A DNA stretch of 64,000 nucleotides. Origin: Diplonema japonicum. Lineage: Eukaryota > Protista > Euglenozoa: Diplonemea. A program made the translations under genes and the position numbers. Positions 41,047-56,200 of this stretch are shown here, in pieces. Numbering within the stretch: position 1 is the first letter of the stretch; every line of letters begins with the position of its first letter. The stretch is taken from NCBI GenBank assembly GCA_964019335.1, contig OZ025651.1, positions 682,001 through 746,000 of the forward strand, read 5' to 3'. The notes under the pieces were generated by a model. The model was given only the letters and a program-made list of their open reading frames with translations. It was not told where the DNA came from and did no database searches.

Positions 41047-44000
41047 ATGGATTGGCAAGAGTCAGACTCGAACCCGGGGTCGAGACGGAGCGGGGTGCAC
41101 GCAAAACTGTCGAAGGGAATGGACAAGATATTCCCTGTAATACTCGCCTTGGAGTCACCTTTTAACGACACCCCTATACAAGGCATATTATCATGGATGG
41201 GACTGTTCGTGGAGGCCATGCAACAAATGGCGTTCTGCGTAAACCCGAGGTTCGGCTACACAGCAACGGTACCGAAGGAACTTGCGTTTTTCCTGTATTC
41301 TTCTCACATCCCTTTATGGGACAGCCTGTACGTGGACCTACCATATTCTTCTTTCCTCATATGGTACTGGTGTGTGGTAGGCTTAACCCTGATCGTTGTT
41401 GCATACATAAGCTGTGGTATAATGGAATATTTTGAACAGATGCAGCACGCGGTTGCCACCAAGGTCTTGGTTCCCTTTGTCCACGTTGTTGTGACGGTGT
41501 TCGCCGTGCCTTTTCTTCACGGGCTTGCTGCCAATATGTTCTGCTATGAAAGAAGCTTGTGGGCGTTCCCTTCTGAGCAATGCTGGGAACTTCAATCTAC
41601 ACTTTACTTCTGCTTTTCCATCGCGGTCATGTGCTGTGTAGTGGGTATCATGTTGGTCGGAGCTGCTGGTTTATTTACTGATGATTACGCCGCGAAGTCG
41701 ATTCTCGCACGCGCGCATGGGAGGATGGACATATTCGTTGTGTTTCAAAAGGCGGCGTTGGTTTTGTTCTACCATCTTCTTCTCGGACCTGGTTGGCGGG
41801 CTTCATACTGCTTCTTCGTGATTTTACTGAACACAGCTTGCTTCGCTGGTTACACGTTCGTCCTACCGTACTATAGCATACGAACGAATCAGATTAAAAG
41901 CGCGATTCATCTCTCGGTGGCGGCTGCGGGGGCGATTTCGTTCTGCGCTGAGTTTGAAGAAGATGCGTACACTCGCCATAATACAAACACACTGGCGGTG
42001 TTTTGCTTGATACCCTTCGCAGCGATGCTGGGATTCTTCATCGGGGGGATGCGCCCGCTGGCGGAATGTCTTGAAAGAATGGACCATCTGAAGCAATTTG
42101 GAGAGGTGTACCAACACAAATGTTACTTCCCCACCGGCCTCGTTGATCAAGACCAGTATTTTTCACGCATGAACTCCTTGGAAACGGATATTTTAGAAAG
42201 CGGGCGGGCGGAGGGTTTCGAGGACGAAAAATACTCGTCAATAGAAATTCTCATCCCGTACCTCGAATCGGTTCTGCTGACCACCGACGTGGAGGTCGCT
42301 ACAAGATTTCTCGTGTTGTACAGTTCAGCGACATCATCACCAGCGGGTTCAGAATCATGTGTAACATCCCACATGACAGCCTTCGCGGCCAGAATATTCA
42401 TTAAAGGAATCGTTCGGTACAAGAAGAAAACGATTGTTCACTTCCACTTCGCGAACTTCGTGAAGACATTCTGCCCGCCGTCGAAGCTCGTCTTCTCGCT
42501 GGAGCAATGCGACGCGGTTCTGAAGGACGATCTGGACATCTCTATGAAATTCCAGGCGTACCGCGTCCTCCTTTCATTGCGACTACACCTCGGCATTCAC
42601 GACCGCTCCCATATGTTCAGCCTAACGAAGGCAAAACGTTGCCACAAGGACGCGTTAAGCGATATGAGCACATTCTGGTTGAAACTAATGGACTCAAAAC
42701 ACGATTTACTATCTTTAGCGTGTCTCACAAATCAGATCACGGAGAAACGCGACAAGGGTCTGCGGGAGTACCAGCGTGCCATCCAAGAAGGATCGACAGA
42801 CAGAGAAGTTCTCAGCAGTTATGCTTCATTTCTTGAGTCTGTCATGCTTGACAAGAAACAGTCCGAACACATTCAAACTCACATTTCGGAATTGGGCGAG
42901 GAGCTTGTGAAAAGCATGATGAGCTCCAAAACCAACGGGAAGGCAACGAAGAAACACGGCATGAGCGACCTCATACCTTCGGAATCAGAGGAATCCGACA
43001 GCATGGGTACCAGCGGCAACAATTCCGCTGTTTTCATGTCGAAGTCCGCGATGGTTGCTCTCACACTGGTCGGGCTTATGATCCTCCTTATATTCGTCCT
43101 CGGGACCGTCGCGTCGATCTTCCAAAAGAAACATCTTGAGGAGCTGTCTGTAGTGGGCATGGCGAGAACTACCATTCAAATGGCGTCTCGTGAGATTGGG
43201 CTCATTCTATCGGTACCATCAACACAACTGTTTTCACATCAAGTCATTCTGCGTACGGAGCTTGATCTGTTCCTCAAAAGCCATAATAAACTGACGTACG
43301 GCGATGCTCGTTCCGCGTACGGTCCTATTTTCGATCTCCTGCAAAAACCAAGATACCTGCTCACAGACTGTGAGGACACGTGCCACCGTATCGCCGGGCT
43401 GTGGTCCTTCGGGTTGGAAATGGTGTCTACCTTCACGTCGGTCGGGTTTGCAAATGCAAACGGGACCACGGACCCTAGCAGTGTCATCGTTACAAAACGT
43501 GATGCGAGTTTTGTCGCGACGAACTCGATCCAGGCAGCCGCGTGGGGGTACAGTGATCTCGCAGGGTTTTTAAAGGAACAAGAAGACGTGTATGAACGTT
43601 GGTTCACCGTCGGGATGAGCTTCGCATTGTTCCTGTCTTTCTATGTCATCGTCATCGTGAACGTCGTCTTCAACTTCAATTTTCAAAAGATCGGCGCGAA
43701 CAAAATGGTTGCCATCCATTTGTTTTCGCTGATCCCGTTCACAACTCAGAAACAACTGCACCTCGCTTCACGCGAAAGGATAAAAGAGTTCGATCGCCAA
43801 GCCCGCGAAGCCGACAAAGGTACTGAACAGCTCGATACCGAGGCTTTGGGACAAGAAGACGACGAGGATGAACAGGATGTACAACTCAACAAAGGCGCCA
43901 GCATGGTCGGTCCTAATGGAAAACGCCCTAGCATGTCGAGATCGAAGTCTGTACAAGAAGGCGACTCGGGTATTAAACTGACCTCAATCATCGTGAAACA

Positions 44001-46964
44001 TAAGAAGCGCAGCGGGAAGAAAAAAAAGAAGAAAACCGTCACCTTCAACCTCGTCCAAACACAAAATGAAAACGAGCCGAAGGACTGCAAGCCTGCAAAG
44101 CTTGTCGAGGAGGCCCTCAGCATCCCCGACATCGATCAGGTCGGGTTGACCGTTGAAGAGCGCATGGAATTGCTAACAGAAGACAACGCGCAAGAAGAGG
44201 CCCATGAACGCATCCCCGACGCCGAACCGGAAAAAAAAGCCCCCGCTGGAAGATGGCTTCCCATAATCATCGCAATTCTGTTTTTCGGCATCTTCGGGAC
44301 TATGTACTCCGTGCACCCTGCGTCGGAAGATCTGATTGATGAAAGCAAGCTTTTCTACGATATTAGCAGGCATCTCTTCGGTTCGTTCGAACACCGTATC
44401 GGTCTGTCTCAGGCTGCTATCAGTTCGGCAGCAACGGGGTCACATGATTATTGGTTGGCATATTGGAACTCCCTCGCTTCGCGTGCTCCAATAGACAATA
44501 AGGACAACCTCGCACGCGACTTGCGCGACAACGAACTGACTCTGTTTGGAGATGTGTGTCTGCTGTGGGACAACATAGTTGAAACGGATAAAATAGCACT
44601 TGCGATCGCCGGGTCTGGATGGGGTTTAGACCCGGACCTGATGCAGCATCTCACAGCGTTGACATGGGGCGCCAACGATGCACTTGGGTACCAAGGCAAA
44701 ACAACAGATTTAACAGGTACGGCAGACGAGAAAATCGAAAGGGCGTACGGAATCCTGGTGACGAAGAAGTATTTCGAGACGGCGAAAGCGGCGGCGGACA
44801 AGCAGAGACAGCTCCTGAAGCTCGCGAAAAAACGTACCGAGTCGCAGGTGGACGATTCGAAAAACAAGATCTCGATCGCGATCGGGTTGTGCTGTGCGAT
44901 GTACATCATCATCCTCCTCCTCGCCGGGTACACCATGCAGAACAACTCCGGTGCGATCAAAATCATGCTGCTACTATGTATCGTGTTACTTGTCCCACAT
45001 ATACTTGTTTTGAACGTACAGTCAGACCTCAATTCAATTCAATACGATGAAGCAGCCGAAACGCTTCGCGTCCTCACAGATGTGGAACAGTCGTTAACCG
45101 ACATGCATTCACAAGTGCAGGCTTACGTGCTTTCAAAGGACCGTGTACATTACGAAACATTCTGGAAGCTGTCCGACGAAAGCACCATCGACAGGGAGCT
45201 AACATGGATCCTCGGAGCTGCTCCCGACGGCGGGCAGATCCTCCACGACTCCATCCGCAGGGACATCGGCAACCTGCAAAAAATCTATTTCATCATGTTC
45301 GAGATGATGTCTTACGAGATGTCTTCCAGCAACTTACCCTTCCGAACGGAGCACATGGGATACCAGTGGAACATCACGGCAGAAGGACGGAGCGTCATCC
45401 CGAAAGTTTCATACTCAAACCGGACCCACGATATGCTGTTAACCCCCGATGAAAAAAGTGTTGTCATGAAAGCAACATTATTCAGCGAGGGCGGCACGCT
45501 GCTAACCGCAACGAGAAGCCACGTCAACACTCTGTTTCAGTCGTTGGTTGCCAACCAGGTGGACGATGCGATCGACAACAAAGACGGCATCGAAAAGAAA
45601 AAACTCGCAGTTTTGATACTCCTGTGCGTGTCCATGCTCAACATGTGTATGATGTCCGTGGTGATGGGAATTGTGGCGACGGACATACGCGTCCAGAACG
45701 TAAGCGCAGTGGTTGAAAAAATCAACAAGGTTCTGTTCCAAGGCACCACAATGAAATGCAGAATTGCGTTTCTGCTGGTTCTCAGCGGCGTAACTGTTCA
45801 GTACGTCCTCGCGTTGAATCTAATATCCGTCAGTGGCGGGAAGACCATGGAAGACATCAACCTCGCGACAAGCCGAGAATGGACTGTTGCACGATCCGCC
45901 ATCGCGGCTGATCGCCTGTACCAAGCCTACATCAACGGCGATGTGTCCAGCAATGAAATTTCCGACCCCTACCGTCTCAGGGTGCAGGAGCTTATTCAGG
46001 AGCTTTCGGACATCAAAAACAAGCTTTTTCTCGGGTCGACTACTGTCGACCGTATGTACGGGAAGTGGTTGATAAACCTGCAAGAAATCTCAACACTCGG
46101 AGCTGACGCATCTGCCACTGCGTCTCGGACCCCGCAGGCCATTCACGAGGAGCTCATAGCTACTATGCGACCGCTCATTGAAGAATTGTGGAAGTCGGGC
46201 GACACGCTTGTCTCAGATGTGAAGAAGGATGTGAACAACGCGTGGTTGTACCTGCTTCTATGCTCGTGTGTGATCCTCATCGCAACCTTCCTCCTCGTGA
46301 AGGGCGTGCTGAGCCCCGTGGTCATACAACTCGTAAATGAGGAACACGGCACTAAGGTTCTTTTGAAAATGATTCCTTCGAAAGTATTTTTTTTTTCTTT
46401 TCCCCGAAAAAAAAAAAAAAGGTAAGAAGCATCGTCCCGAAGATTGCGACGTACCTGGACACTGGCGTCATAACCGATGAAGAGCAGGATAGAAAGCTGC
46501 ACCCGACGTGCAGCACCATGATACGTTTCAAAGAGGAGTTTAACAAGTCTACCGAAGAGACGCAGCAAGCAGTGGTCGAGATGCTCGAGCGATCTCAGTA
46601 TGGAAAAGAAATACAAAATGAAATGAAATAAAATAGGAGTGGAATCGTGGTGACGGACGAGGGGGGCATTATCGTGGCCATAAACGAAGCTGCGCTCCGT
46701 GTGAGCTCTTACGAGCGGGCGGAGGCGATTGGCAAGAACGTTAGCATTTTCGTTCCATCTGCCATCGCAGGCATGCATCAAAGCTTCATAGAGAACTACT
46801 TAGCCTCGGGTGTGGCCCGTGTCGTGGGGAGAGGCCGAGACGTCCTCCTCCAAGACAAGTTCGCCAACTACATCCATGTCTACGCCCAGATCGACGAGCT
46901 GCGGCGTGGGCCCGAACTGTTCTTCATCGCGCAGTTGGATCCTTACATCACTGCTCAGAAATAA
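41047..46964 (+). CDS. TmcB-like multi-pass membrane sensor with C-terminal FixL-type PAS domain; join(41047..46383,46422..46597,46637..46964)
   Basis: N-terminal TM bundle with LPYY, helical region FWLKLM...YASFLESV and further TM pairs. PAS domain GIVVTDEGGIIVAINEAA...IGKNVSIFVP...HQSFIENYL...VVGRGR. Confidence 0.85.
46384..46421 (+). other. Intron, 38 nt, poly(A)-AG acceptor
   Basis: GTATT...A14 G. Removal removes a stop and gives MIPSK|VRSIVPKI. Confidence 0.9.
46598..46636 (+). other. Intron, 39 nt, containing an in-frame stop
   Basis: GTATG...AAATAG. Removal joins the PAS exon. Confidence 0.9.
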
Positions 46965-47206
46965 ACCAAGAGTTTTCTTTTTATATATTTTACTTTTATG
47001 TACATGAATATAATTTTTTTCTTCCCCATCTCTCTCCCCCTTGCTTTTACGTTTTCACTTTCTTTTTCTTTTCCAAGAAAAAAAAGGATTTTGGTGGAGT
47101 GCTACCTTGACACATGAATTGAAAACAAAAAAGTTCGTTTAGTTTCTCAACTTTTATCCCCCCCCTATTGATCCAAACGGAATCATACTTTTTTCTAATA
47201 CAGGGC

Positions 47207-50200
47207 ATGCTTAAATGTGAATGGCTGCTGCTGCTACTTTTTGCTGTCTGTGAATCATGCTACACTGGATACTCTGCTTATGATTATGTGGACGCTGCCG
47301 GCATCCCACAGACGTCCTGCTTTCGGTACTACAACGGTGCTGCAAGAACATGGGAAGCGGCTAAGAAAGCGTGCGAGGGCGAAGGCGGGTCCCTCGCATC
47401 AATGGCAACTAACGCGGAAGCGGTGTTCATATCCGCTTTGATAACCCCGAGAAGAGGCGCCCCGTGGGTAGGTGCGAAATACAATGGAGTCAAATGGGAA
47501 TGGATCGATAAGACGGTGGTCCTCCCGCAAAACAGTACGGTGACAAGCTCGTACAACCCATGGAGGACACACCACCCTGCACAAACCGGCTGCGGGCAGC
47601 TTTCCATTGTCGCGTCGCCAGCTTATCAGAAAATGCACGCGAGGAGCTGTTCAGCAGTTTCTTTCTACATATGCCAAGCACCACCGTTACCACCGGCTGC
47701 CTTAATCATCACGAGAAACGCATCAACCATGCAAACCAGACGGGAAGACAGCGTCAGGGTTGTGATTATTGATGAGAAGCTCAGCCCCGCCCACGGCATG
47801 GATCGCTCAAGGGTCATTGTCGACATTACTAACGCCACGAATACCACGTCTCCAAACGGGCTTCGCTGGGTGGGTTCCACACCGGTCTCTGGTTTCATCC
47901 AAGCGAACAAAACGGTTATTCTACGTTGTGTGTCTAGTGGGGAGTACACGGTTAAGCTTTCTGTCACACTTCAGAACGGTTTCGCCACGAACGAGAATTT
48001 TCGAAAACGAGCGACCATTGTGTGCGAGCAAAACGCGGAGATTGAGATCTTCGCGTCCTCCGCGTCGTCCAGCACAACAGCCAACGAAAGATGCGTCGAC
48101 GAACCCGCTACCGCCATCAAAAAAGCAGCCATAGAAGCTTCTTTATCTGCGAATGAAACCGCGTCACACTTCACCGTATGGGCGTGGTGCCCGACTTCGC
48201 ATTCAAATGTCTATTGGAACACACCTCCTGAGGGTGCGACCGGCGAACCCGAGTACTACAACACAGCCATTGAACAATGGCATCCTAGAACCAACCCCAT
48301 CGACTGCTTCCCCCACGCGAACGATTCGACGACGTGGTCGCCAGAAAACGGTGGGGAGGTCAACCTCACAGTGGGGTACTCGGAAGCGGTGCTCCTCCGG
48401 GAGGTCGTCGTGTTCGTTCCTGTCGACGTTAAGTTCGTGACGAACATCGGCGTCATAACGCTGACCGAAGAGGGCAGGATCGAGGAAAAGAAACGTCTCC
48501 TTGCATCAGCACCATCTGGCATCAGCACCGTTCTTTACCCAGCTTCCATAGGCGAAGCTCATCAAATCATGTCAGATACATGCGCCGAGATCTGCAATAT
48601 GATAGGTGTGCTGTGCATGTCGTGGTGCGTCGATGAGGGTGCAAGGTCGTGTCTCTTGGTCCACGATGTTACAGGGTTCGAGACACGCAGCGGTTCCATG
48701 TGTGGAACACCGCTTTCCGGTGGAGGGTACGATTTCTCCGCGGGGACTTTTCTCACGGGGCCCATCATTGATGCGTCTGCGCTCCGTATTCCTTTGACGC
48801 TGCCTGCTGGGGTGGCCATCGCTGGGGTGTATTTCATGCTTCCGCAGCCTAGCAGCTTGACAACAACCGCCACGATGACCGATTATTACTACAACGCCAG
48901 CAACACAATCGTTTCGAACGATATCGATGAGTACAGCAGCAACAGCAACAGCAGCAGCAATGTCAGCCAGACTGTGTGGATTGACAACGACGCCAACGTG
49001 ACCAATGTCACGCTCACAGCATCGTCGTCCTCCACAAAGATCGCCACGCCGAGCGTCACCGTGACATGGAGCGAGTCGCGGAGCAGTACATCCAGCGAAA
49101 CGTTTACCGCACACGACGTGACACCTTCCTCTTCAGCCGCTTCTGCCTATATCGAAGGGAACAGTAGTAACTTAACACTTCCCACATCGACACCCACGGT
49201 GGCGGGGAGCTTCACCATTGAGCTCAACGACAGCATAGCTGACGTCTCGGAATGCTCCACACTGCAGTCAATCGTGTTGGAGACGTCGCAAAGCTGTGTT
49301 CAAGTATTCAGCTCATCCGCGATCGGTTGGGAGGAATGTAAAGCAGGGGTGGCGGGTGTTGATGGTGAGTACGCGACACTTCGCAACGGGGAGTGTTTTG
49401 GGTACACTGGACCATGCTACACCAGGACAACCGAAGGGGGCGCGTACACGGCGAGGCTGGTGTGTGTGAAGGAATGCGAGCGGCTGCCAAGCGTGTTGCT
49501 TATGGCCTCGTCAGAGTGCTCTGCAACATCGGCCTTGACGACACCTTACTTAGATATCTGTGCAGACCACGCCTTGCAACTGGCAGGTGATTCATACACA
49601 TACCACTCGAACAATGGCCAGTGCACCGTGTTTCACGGTGGGTGTGTATTGCGTGACAGCAAGTCTTCAGCTGTGACTGGGAAGCTACGCTGTGGGGATA
49701 CCACTTCTGTGCGTGGCGGAGGCACTGATGCAACGGTGATCCCCATCTGGTCTGGGAAAGCTCCGGTGACGTGTCCCGGCACGGTTCGCGTCGGGCTGAC
49801 CAGCACGCAGATGGCTGAACTGTCTTTGGTGCGAACGGTAGTGGTGACGGTGTCTCTACCAGTTTCAAACCCGTTGCTGTATCCATATATTGGGCAGATA
49901 GATGCTGTGTCTTTGATAGGCGACATGCAGGACCTCTCCTGGTCAAGTGGTGAACTGTTCTTTCCTATGTACATCGCCATCACGGTGAAGGGGACAGGGC
50001 TTTCCCTTTCTACTGATGAGTATTACATCATGGAGGACGCTCCAGGTGGTCGAACGGAGTCGGAGCGAAAGGCTGTCTGTGAAACGCTGGTGCCTCCTCG
50101 GTCACGTTTCATCACGGGCAACACCACAAACTTGGTGACCCCGGCCGCAATGAGGGGCAGCGTGGGGAGCATAACGTGGTATACCATTTGCTTTGCGCTG

Positions 50201-53200
50201 AGGGCGATCCAGCCGTTCGTACCTCTCGGGAAGGCGTTAGTGGTGCACCCGCCGCCGGTTCGCATCCAGTGGAAGCAGAACGAGGTTCCCGCCACATCGA
50301 CATTGGTGGGCGAGGCAACGTTGTTCCACGTGCAGCAAGTCGATTCCATGAATATCTTATCACACGCAGAAGGGCACACCACATTATATGTAGAGGCTTT
50401 CAACACCAACGGTGAGCGAGCGAATACGACAATGGTGCTTGTGAGCGATTTTTTTGGAGGGTACGCGTCGTTCAGCGTTATGTTTTACGTGCCAGGAGTC
50501 ACAAGGATGGTGGTGGGGGCGGTGTGGGGTTTCCATGCCATCGAAGATTCCTCAGTGAACGAGACCGCTATCCTGAACGTGCTGGTGGGTGAACCGCACC
50601 ATGTGAAATTCGTTTCTATTCCCTCCGCTCTCACCACTGTCACTCAAGTGAAGGTAGTGGTGCATGTGTTCGATATCTACGAGAACCACGTCACCACCGA
50701 CAACAGCACCACAGCACGACTCACAGTCCCCCGCATGCTCGCCAACGACGGCGGAAAGGTGACAGCGGTCTCTGGCGTCCTCACCTTTTACATCGTCTTT
50801 GCTGCGACAGGTGACGCTGAGCTGTCCATTCTTCCCGAGCTCCCTAGTTCTACCTTGGGACAGCCGCAATTTATATCTGTGCCTATCACGGTGACTCCTT
50901 ATGACGGCCCTGCGTATCTCAGTCCTGGCATTCTGACGCTCACCCTTCAGTTGGGGATCTCGTTCAGCTCGTTTAGCAAGAGCCTTCTTTCCCAACATGT
51001 GGCCAGTGTGCTCAATAAACAGTCGTGGGAGGTCTCTGTCTCTAGCCTCATCCTCCCCACGACCACTGGGGAATTCACGGTGCTCGTCGACGTCATCATC
51101 CCAGCGGGAGCAGCTGTGTTCCCGTACCGTGTGGCCGCTGCCGACATGGTGAACTCCGACCTGGCGAACCCAAGCTCACTATTTCACACTGCGTTCGACC
51201 TTATAGGTGTGAGCTATTCGGTTACTGAGAAGAACGTGGCCACGGAAGCACCGGTCGTACTGCTTCACCCGCCGCAACAACTTAAGGAGGGAAGCAGCAT
51301 CAAGGTGAGTGGCGCCAAGAAGCTGATCTTGCGGTCCACAGTCAGCCATCTAGCTGACTTCACACTGAAATGGGACTCCGGAGAGCTAGACCTTCCGAAG
51401 TTGGACTCTGAAGGGCTTGTTCTCGCTGGGCTCAATGATTTGTCGCTGGTGCTGGCACCCAACGTGATGTGCAACGGGAAAGTGTACTACTATAGCATGA
51501 CCGCGACAGATGCTCAATCAGCGGTGAGGAGCGCATGTGGGCCGCTCACGCACGATAAAGGGCTGAGCGATCTCCCGAGCACTTGTGCTATCACATTGGA
51601 CACAAGTGCAGCAGATCAGCAGGCATGCATGGATGTAGCCTGGACCTCTGGTGGTGACTATGTAACGTACCACAGCATCACCACGCGGTGCAGAATCTAC
51701 GCTGGAGATTGTCCCTCCACTTCGTACCCCGGGGGCATGACTCTCTCTCTATGCGGCAGGAAGGTTCTCCAGTCCACTGCTTCCATATCTCTAGTAGTTA
51801 ACTCGCCACCACGTTCCCGCTCTGGCGCCACGGAGATTGAGGTGACACCGCGCAGCGGGACAGCTTTGGCAACCACGTTCAACTTCTCGGCATGTGGTGG
51901 GGAGTGGGATGACGAAGCAGGCGACAAACCTTTGAAGTACAAGTTCACATACACGAAGAAGATATCCGAGGCCAATGCAGCAAGGGCGGTGAAGGAGACG
52001 TACATCAGCGGGATGCATGGAGACAACTGCACAGTGGACCAGGAGCAGGCTTCGGCAAGCCTTGATGACTGTGTAACAGATGCACTAGCAGCAGGGCATG
52101 ACTACTACGAGTACGAGAGCAGTGGGAGCCTCTGCAGGTTGCTTGTAGGACAATGCAGACCTGTCATCCCATGCAGCGACGCGTGCTCCTGTACCGAGTT
52201 GGACAACTCAAATTCTACAACGCCCAGCGACACTGTCTCTGGCATCATCGCAGGCAGGCCTGTTGTTGTGCGCAACAGTGAGCAGTGCTACGTTACAACC
52301 ACCCTTGCTGAGGGGGTTTTCGACGTGATAATGTGCGTCAGCGACTTATGGGGTTCCCCAACATGCGTCCCTCCTATCACAGTGGAGGTAACGATGCCCG
52401 AGCCCGACCTGGATCTCTTAAGCAATGCTTTGGGTGCAGTCGATGTTGCAGACCCACAAGCAGCACTGCTGTCTGTGCACTTGCTCACGGACTACATCAA
52501 CAAAATCAACGACACGGGCAGCACTGGTACAGGGTCGCGCACATCGTTCAAGAAACAGCTGCTGACGTCGATGCAAAGCAGCAGCCCTGGTGCAGACCTC
52601 ATCGGGGAAACATGCGACTCGGTGTCTGCACTGTCTGCCAACCCCGATGATCTGGATGATTCAATGCGGGAAAACACAGCGTTGTTCCTAGCGGACAGTC
52701 TTTCAGCAGCAGCGGGAGCGGACGTGGCGATAGAAGCATCTGCCGGCGTGGCTGCTCTTGAAGGTCTGGGGTCTGTATTGTTTGGCGAGCTACCAGCTAC
52801 CCCCGACGGTGCAGCCGCAGCGCGGGTGTCTCGGATCCTGTCAGCACAGGACGACAACGCAACCGCTGCATCACCTGAGGAGACCTATGCCGCCAACGAC
52901 ACCAACAGCACCAATGAGCCGTCCGACGCACAGAAACGTGCTGCTGCCATTGACACTGCAATCACTAACTCGCTCGGTGCACTCAAAAAGGGCCTCCTGT
53001 CGGGAACCGTCGCTGGTGAAAAAGCTGAAACTATCGCCACAGGCGGCCTCTCTATGACCGTGCAGCGCACAAAGGGCCCGCCTTCGGCACTGTCGTCGGC
53101 GAAGGCAGCTGTCGCGATACCAAGCACGTTGCAGTCGGAGGTGAACGGTGCCGGCGGCGAGGTGGATGCTCAGATAACCGAAGTGGACAACGACCCCAAG

Positions 53201-56200
53201 GCCGTCATCAGCGGAAGCCCTTCCATGTCGCCTGTAGTAGGCTTCACGATGTCAGCCGCGGGCGGAGGCGACCTTTCGATAAAGCAACTCACGCAACCCT
53301 TGAGAATCACAATGCAGACTGCTATCACCAAGCAAGGTTCTCAAGACCCTTTGGCAGTAACGGCTGTGTCGTGCAGGTGGTGGGACGAAGCATCGGGCAC
53401 ATGGTCGGGGAGCGGGTGCCGTTTAGTCGTCGATGGTGTGAAGTACCGCTGTGGGACAAGAAGCAATGGGAAACCGATGTGGTGCCAGAGGGCACCTGGG
53501 GTCCATACCGACCCGATTGTTGCCGAAGCTGCAGCGGCACGCAGCAGACCTCAAAAGGGCCGAGTGGGCAGAGTACTGGAAAGCGATGCACCCACCTCAT
53601 TGAGGGTGCTCATCTGCGAATGTGACCACGCGACGCAGTTCTCTGTCGGAGGCCTCGCCGATTTGAAGCCGAAGCCCAACTTCCCGACGCTGGACATCAC
53701 GGACCTATCGCAAGTATCGGGCGCCGTGTTGATCGTAATCTGTACCTTTGCTGGGATCGTAGTTGTGTCTACGGCAGTTCTCTGTGTGAGGGATATAAGA
53801 AGCATCGATCTGGGGAAGACAGGCCAGCACATGGAAAACATAAGGGAGTTCGAAGGCATTCAGAAAAAGAAGAAGAAAAACAAACAGCACAAACGGCAGC
53901 CGAAGGAAGACAACACCGCGGACGAGGCCGTCACGCGTGCGGTGTTCGCACAGCCGTTCGTGTTGGACCTCTCCGATGCAACGGCCAGTAAATTAAAGAA
54001 TTTCGGGAAGCTTTACATGCGGATATGCTTATCTTCTCACATATGGTTGAGGGCGCTGCTGAAGCAGGCAACGACAACAAGAAACTTTGAAAGCCACCAG
54101 AAGGCTTTGGTGCTGTACTGCCTAATCGCTGCGGCACTCTTCGTGAACTCTGTGTGGTACCGGCACCCTGATGAAAACACGTCCCTCATCGGACAGCTCA
54201 GCAATAACGCATACGCAGCCGCGTCCACCATTGCGGTGCTCCTGCCTTCGGCTTTTGTGTTGTCACACTTCTTTGTGTACACACCTCCGTTGGGAACTGG
54301 CAAGAAGGGTGCTCTGTACGCCCCGATAACTACGAAACCAGACACAGCTCCCGACATTGCCGATGTGAAGGAGGCTGTTCTCGCAGTGATCGCAACTGGA
54401 TGTTCAAGATCGGGTGAAGCGAGGTTTGAGCTTCCTTCGGACGAAATGAACCTCGTCATCAAGGAAGAGGTCAATCTGGGAAGATTGCACTGCGCGGTTA
54501 CGATGGCGTTGCTTCAGGACAACCTCATCGATCTGAGAGATCCGGAGGTTGAGCTCGGCCCGTCGCTCGTGAACTCTGCCGTTGAAAAAATCAAATCCGT
54601 GTACATAGGCTTGATGAAGGAAAAAAACGCCGACTTACAACTCACGATGCAAGTCGTCCGTGACAACACCATCCAAACTATCGTGGTGACCGACTTAGAC
54701 GCACAGTTCGAAGAAGAACTGAAGGCTGAGTCTCTACGAAGCAGATGGCTGCCCGCACTACGCTGCCTCTACAGTTGCCGTTCTGCGGGAAGTGTCGGAA
54801 AGCTCTACATGCCTCACCAATACCAACTGGCTTCCTGCTTGTTCCAAATGGCGTTGATTGGAGACAACCCGGACCTCTTCACCTTAATGCACCGTGTCGA
54901 TGCCTCTTGTTTAACTGTCAGGGAGACCGTGAAATCCGTTATTGCGGAAAACCGGATAGGACGTGCATGGGCCATGTACTATGCTAGAAAACACCTTCGG
55001 ATACAAGCGTCCTCCTTCACACGGCTGCATCATATGTCGCTCCCCACGGAGCCCGAGGAGCTCGAGCTTATCTTCGGGTTGCGGAACCCCATCGACCCAG
55101 CGTTTCTAGGAGGCGTTCCTTACATGTCAAAAGAGGAAACCTGTGTTGAGAACGGAATTGTGTACAAATGGGTGGACGCTGTAGAAGAAGTGGCAAAAGC
55201 ATGCTCAGGGGAGGGCTCGTTCCTCAAGGCTGCGCACATGTTCAGGCATGCAGAGCTTGGAGAGGATGACATCCACGAAGCGCGGAAACAGTGGCAATCC
55301 GTGGAAAAAAGAGGCTGGCGGGACCTGGAGGAAATGGATACCGACGCAAGGAGGGATTCCCTGTTGGGGTCGGACTGCTCCGATGACATCCTGGAGAGGG
55401 CACGGGACGTGAAGGAGGCCGTTGCTTTCGAGTGCAACGACGTCGCAGAGCCGCCGAAGAGCACCGCGGACGCGAAGGGTTTAGGAATATTGTTGAAATT
55501 CCGTTCGGGCAACCCGGAAACTCTGAAACAAACGCTTGTCGAGGCGATGGCCGGGATTCTAGTCTCCGACGGCGACCCACTGCAGGAAGGAGCGAGAACG
55601 AGAAGCATCGAATACGGCCGGTTGATGGCGAGAAACTACGCGGTTCTCGTGGGCGTCTCACCGAAACGATTTTGCTCCCTCTTCACCGCAGAGGAACAGG
55701 GCGAGATTTTAAAAATCGCCCCGGGGAGGATCTCGGTGGGCTGCAATGTAATCATCGTGAACTGCGAAGACAAGCTGAGAGAGCTCTGCGGCGTCGAATG
55801 GAACGAACTGAAAACCCCATACGTCGGTGGAGAAGGACGCGTCGTAAAAATTTTCGAACCGGGCGACTACGCCACCTCAAGATGGGTCACCGTTGTCTTC
55901 GGCGACAGACAAGAACGATTATTCCCGGAAAAGGCTGTGAAGGTTACAGGAAGAGAGGAAATGGAAACGATGCTTCTACACATCACCACAGGGCGTATCG
56001 ACAAGCTGAACGACTACGCGAGGAGAAAACTGCACATCAACAAGAAACAGGTTGGAAACAACATCTTCAACCCACGAAAGGTGAACCTACACCTCACATA
56101 CTCTCTTAATGTTCTGTTCCACGCTGACATAGACGAGAAGGTCTCGAAGTACCCATCTGTTGAGATCAAAAGGGGCGTGCTGTACTGTTGTTCACCGTTG

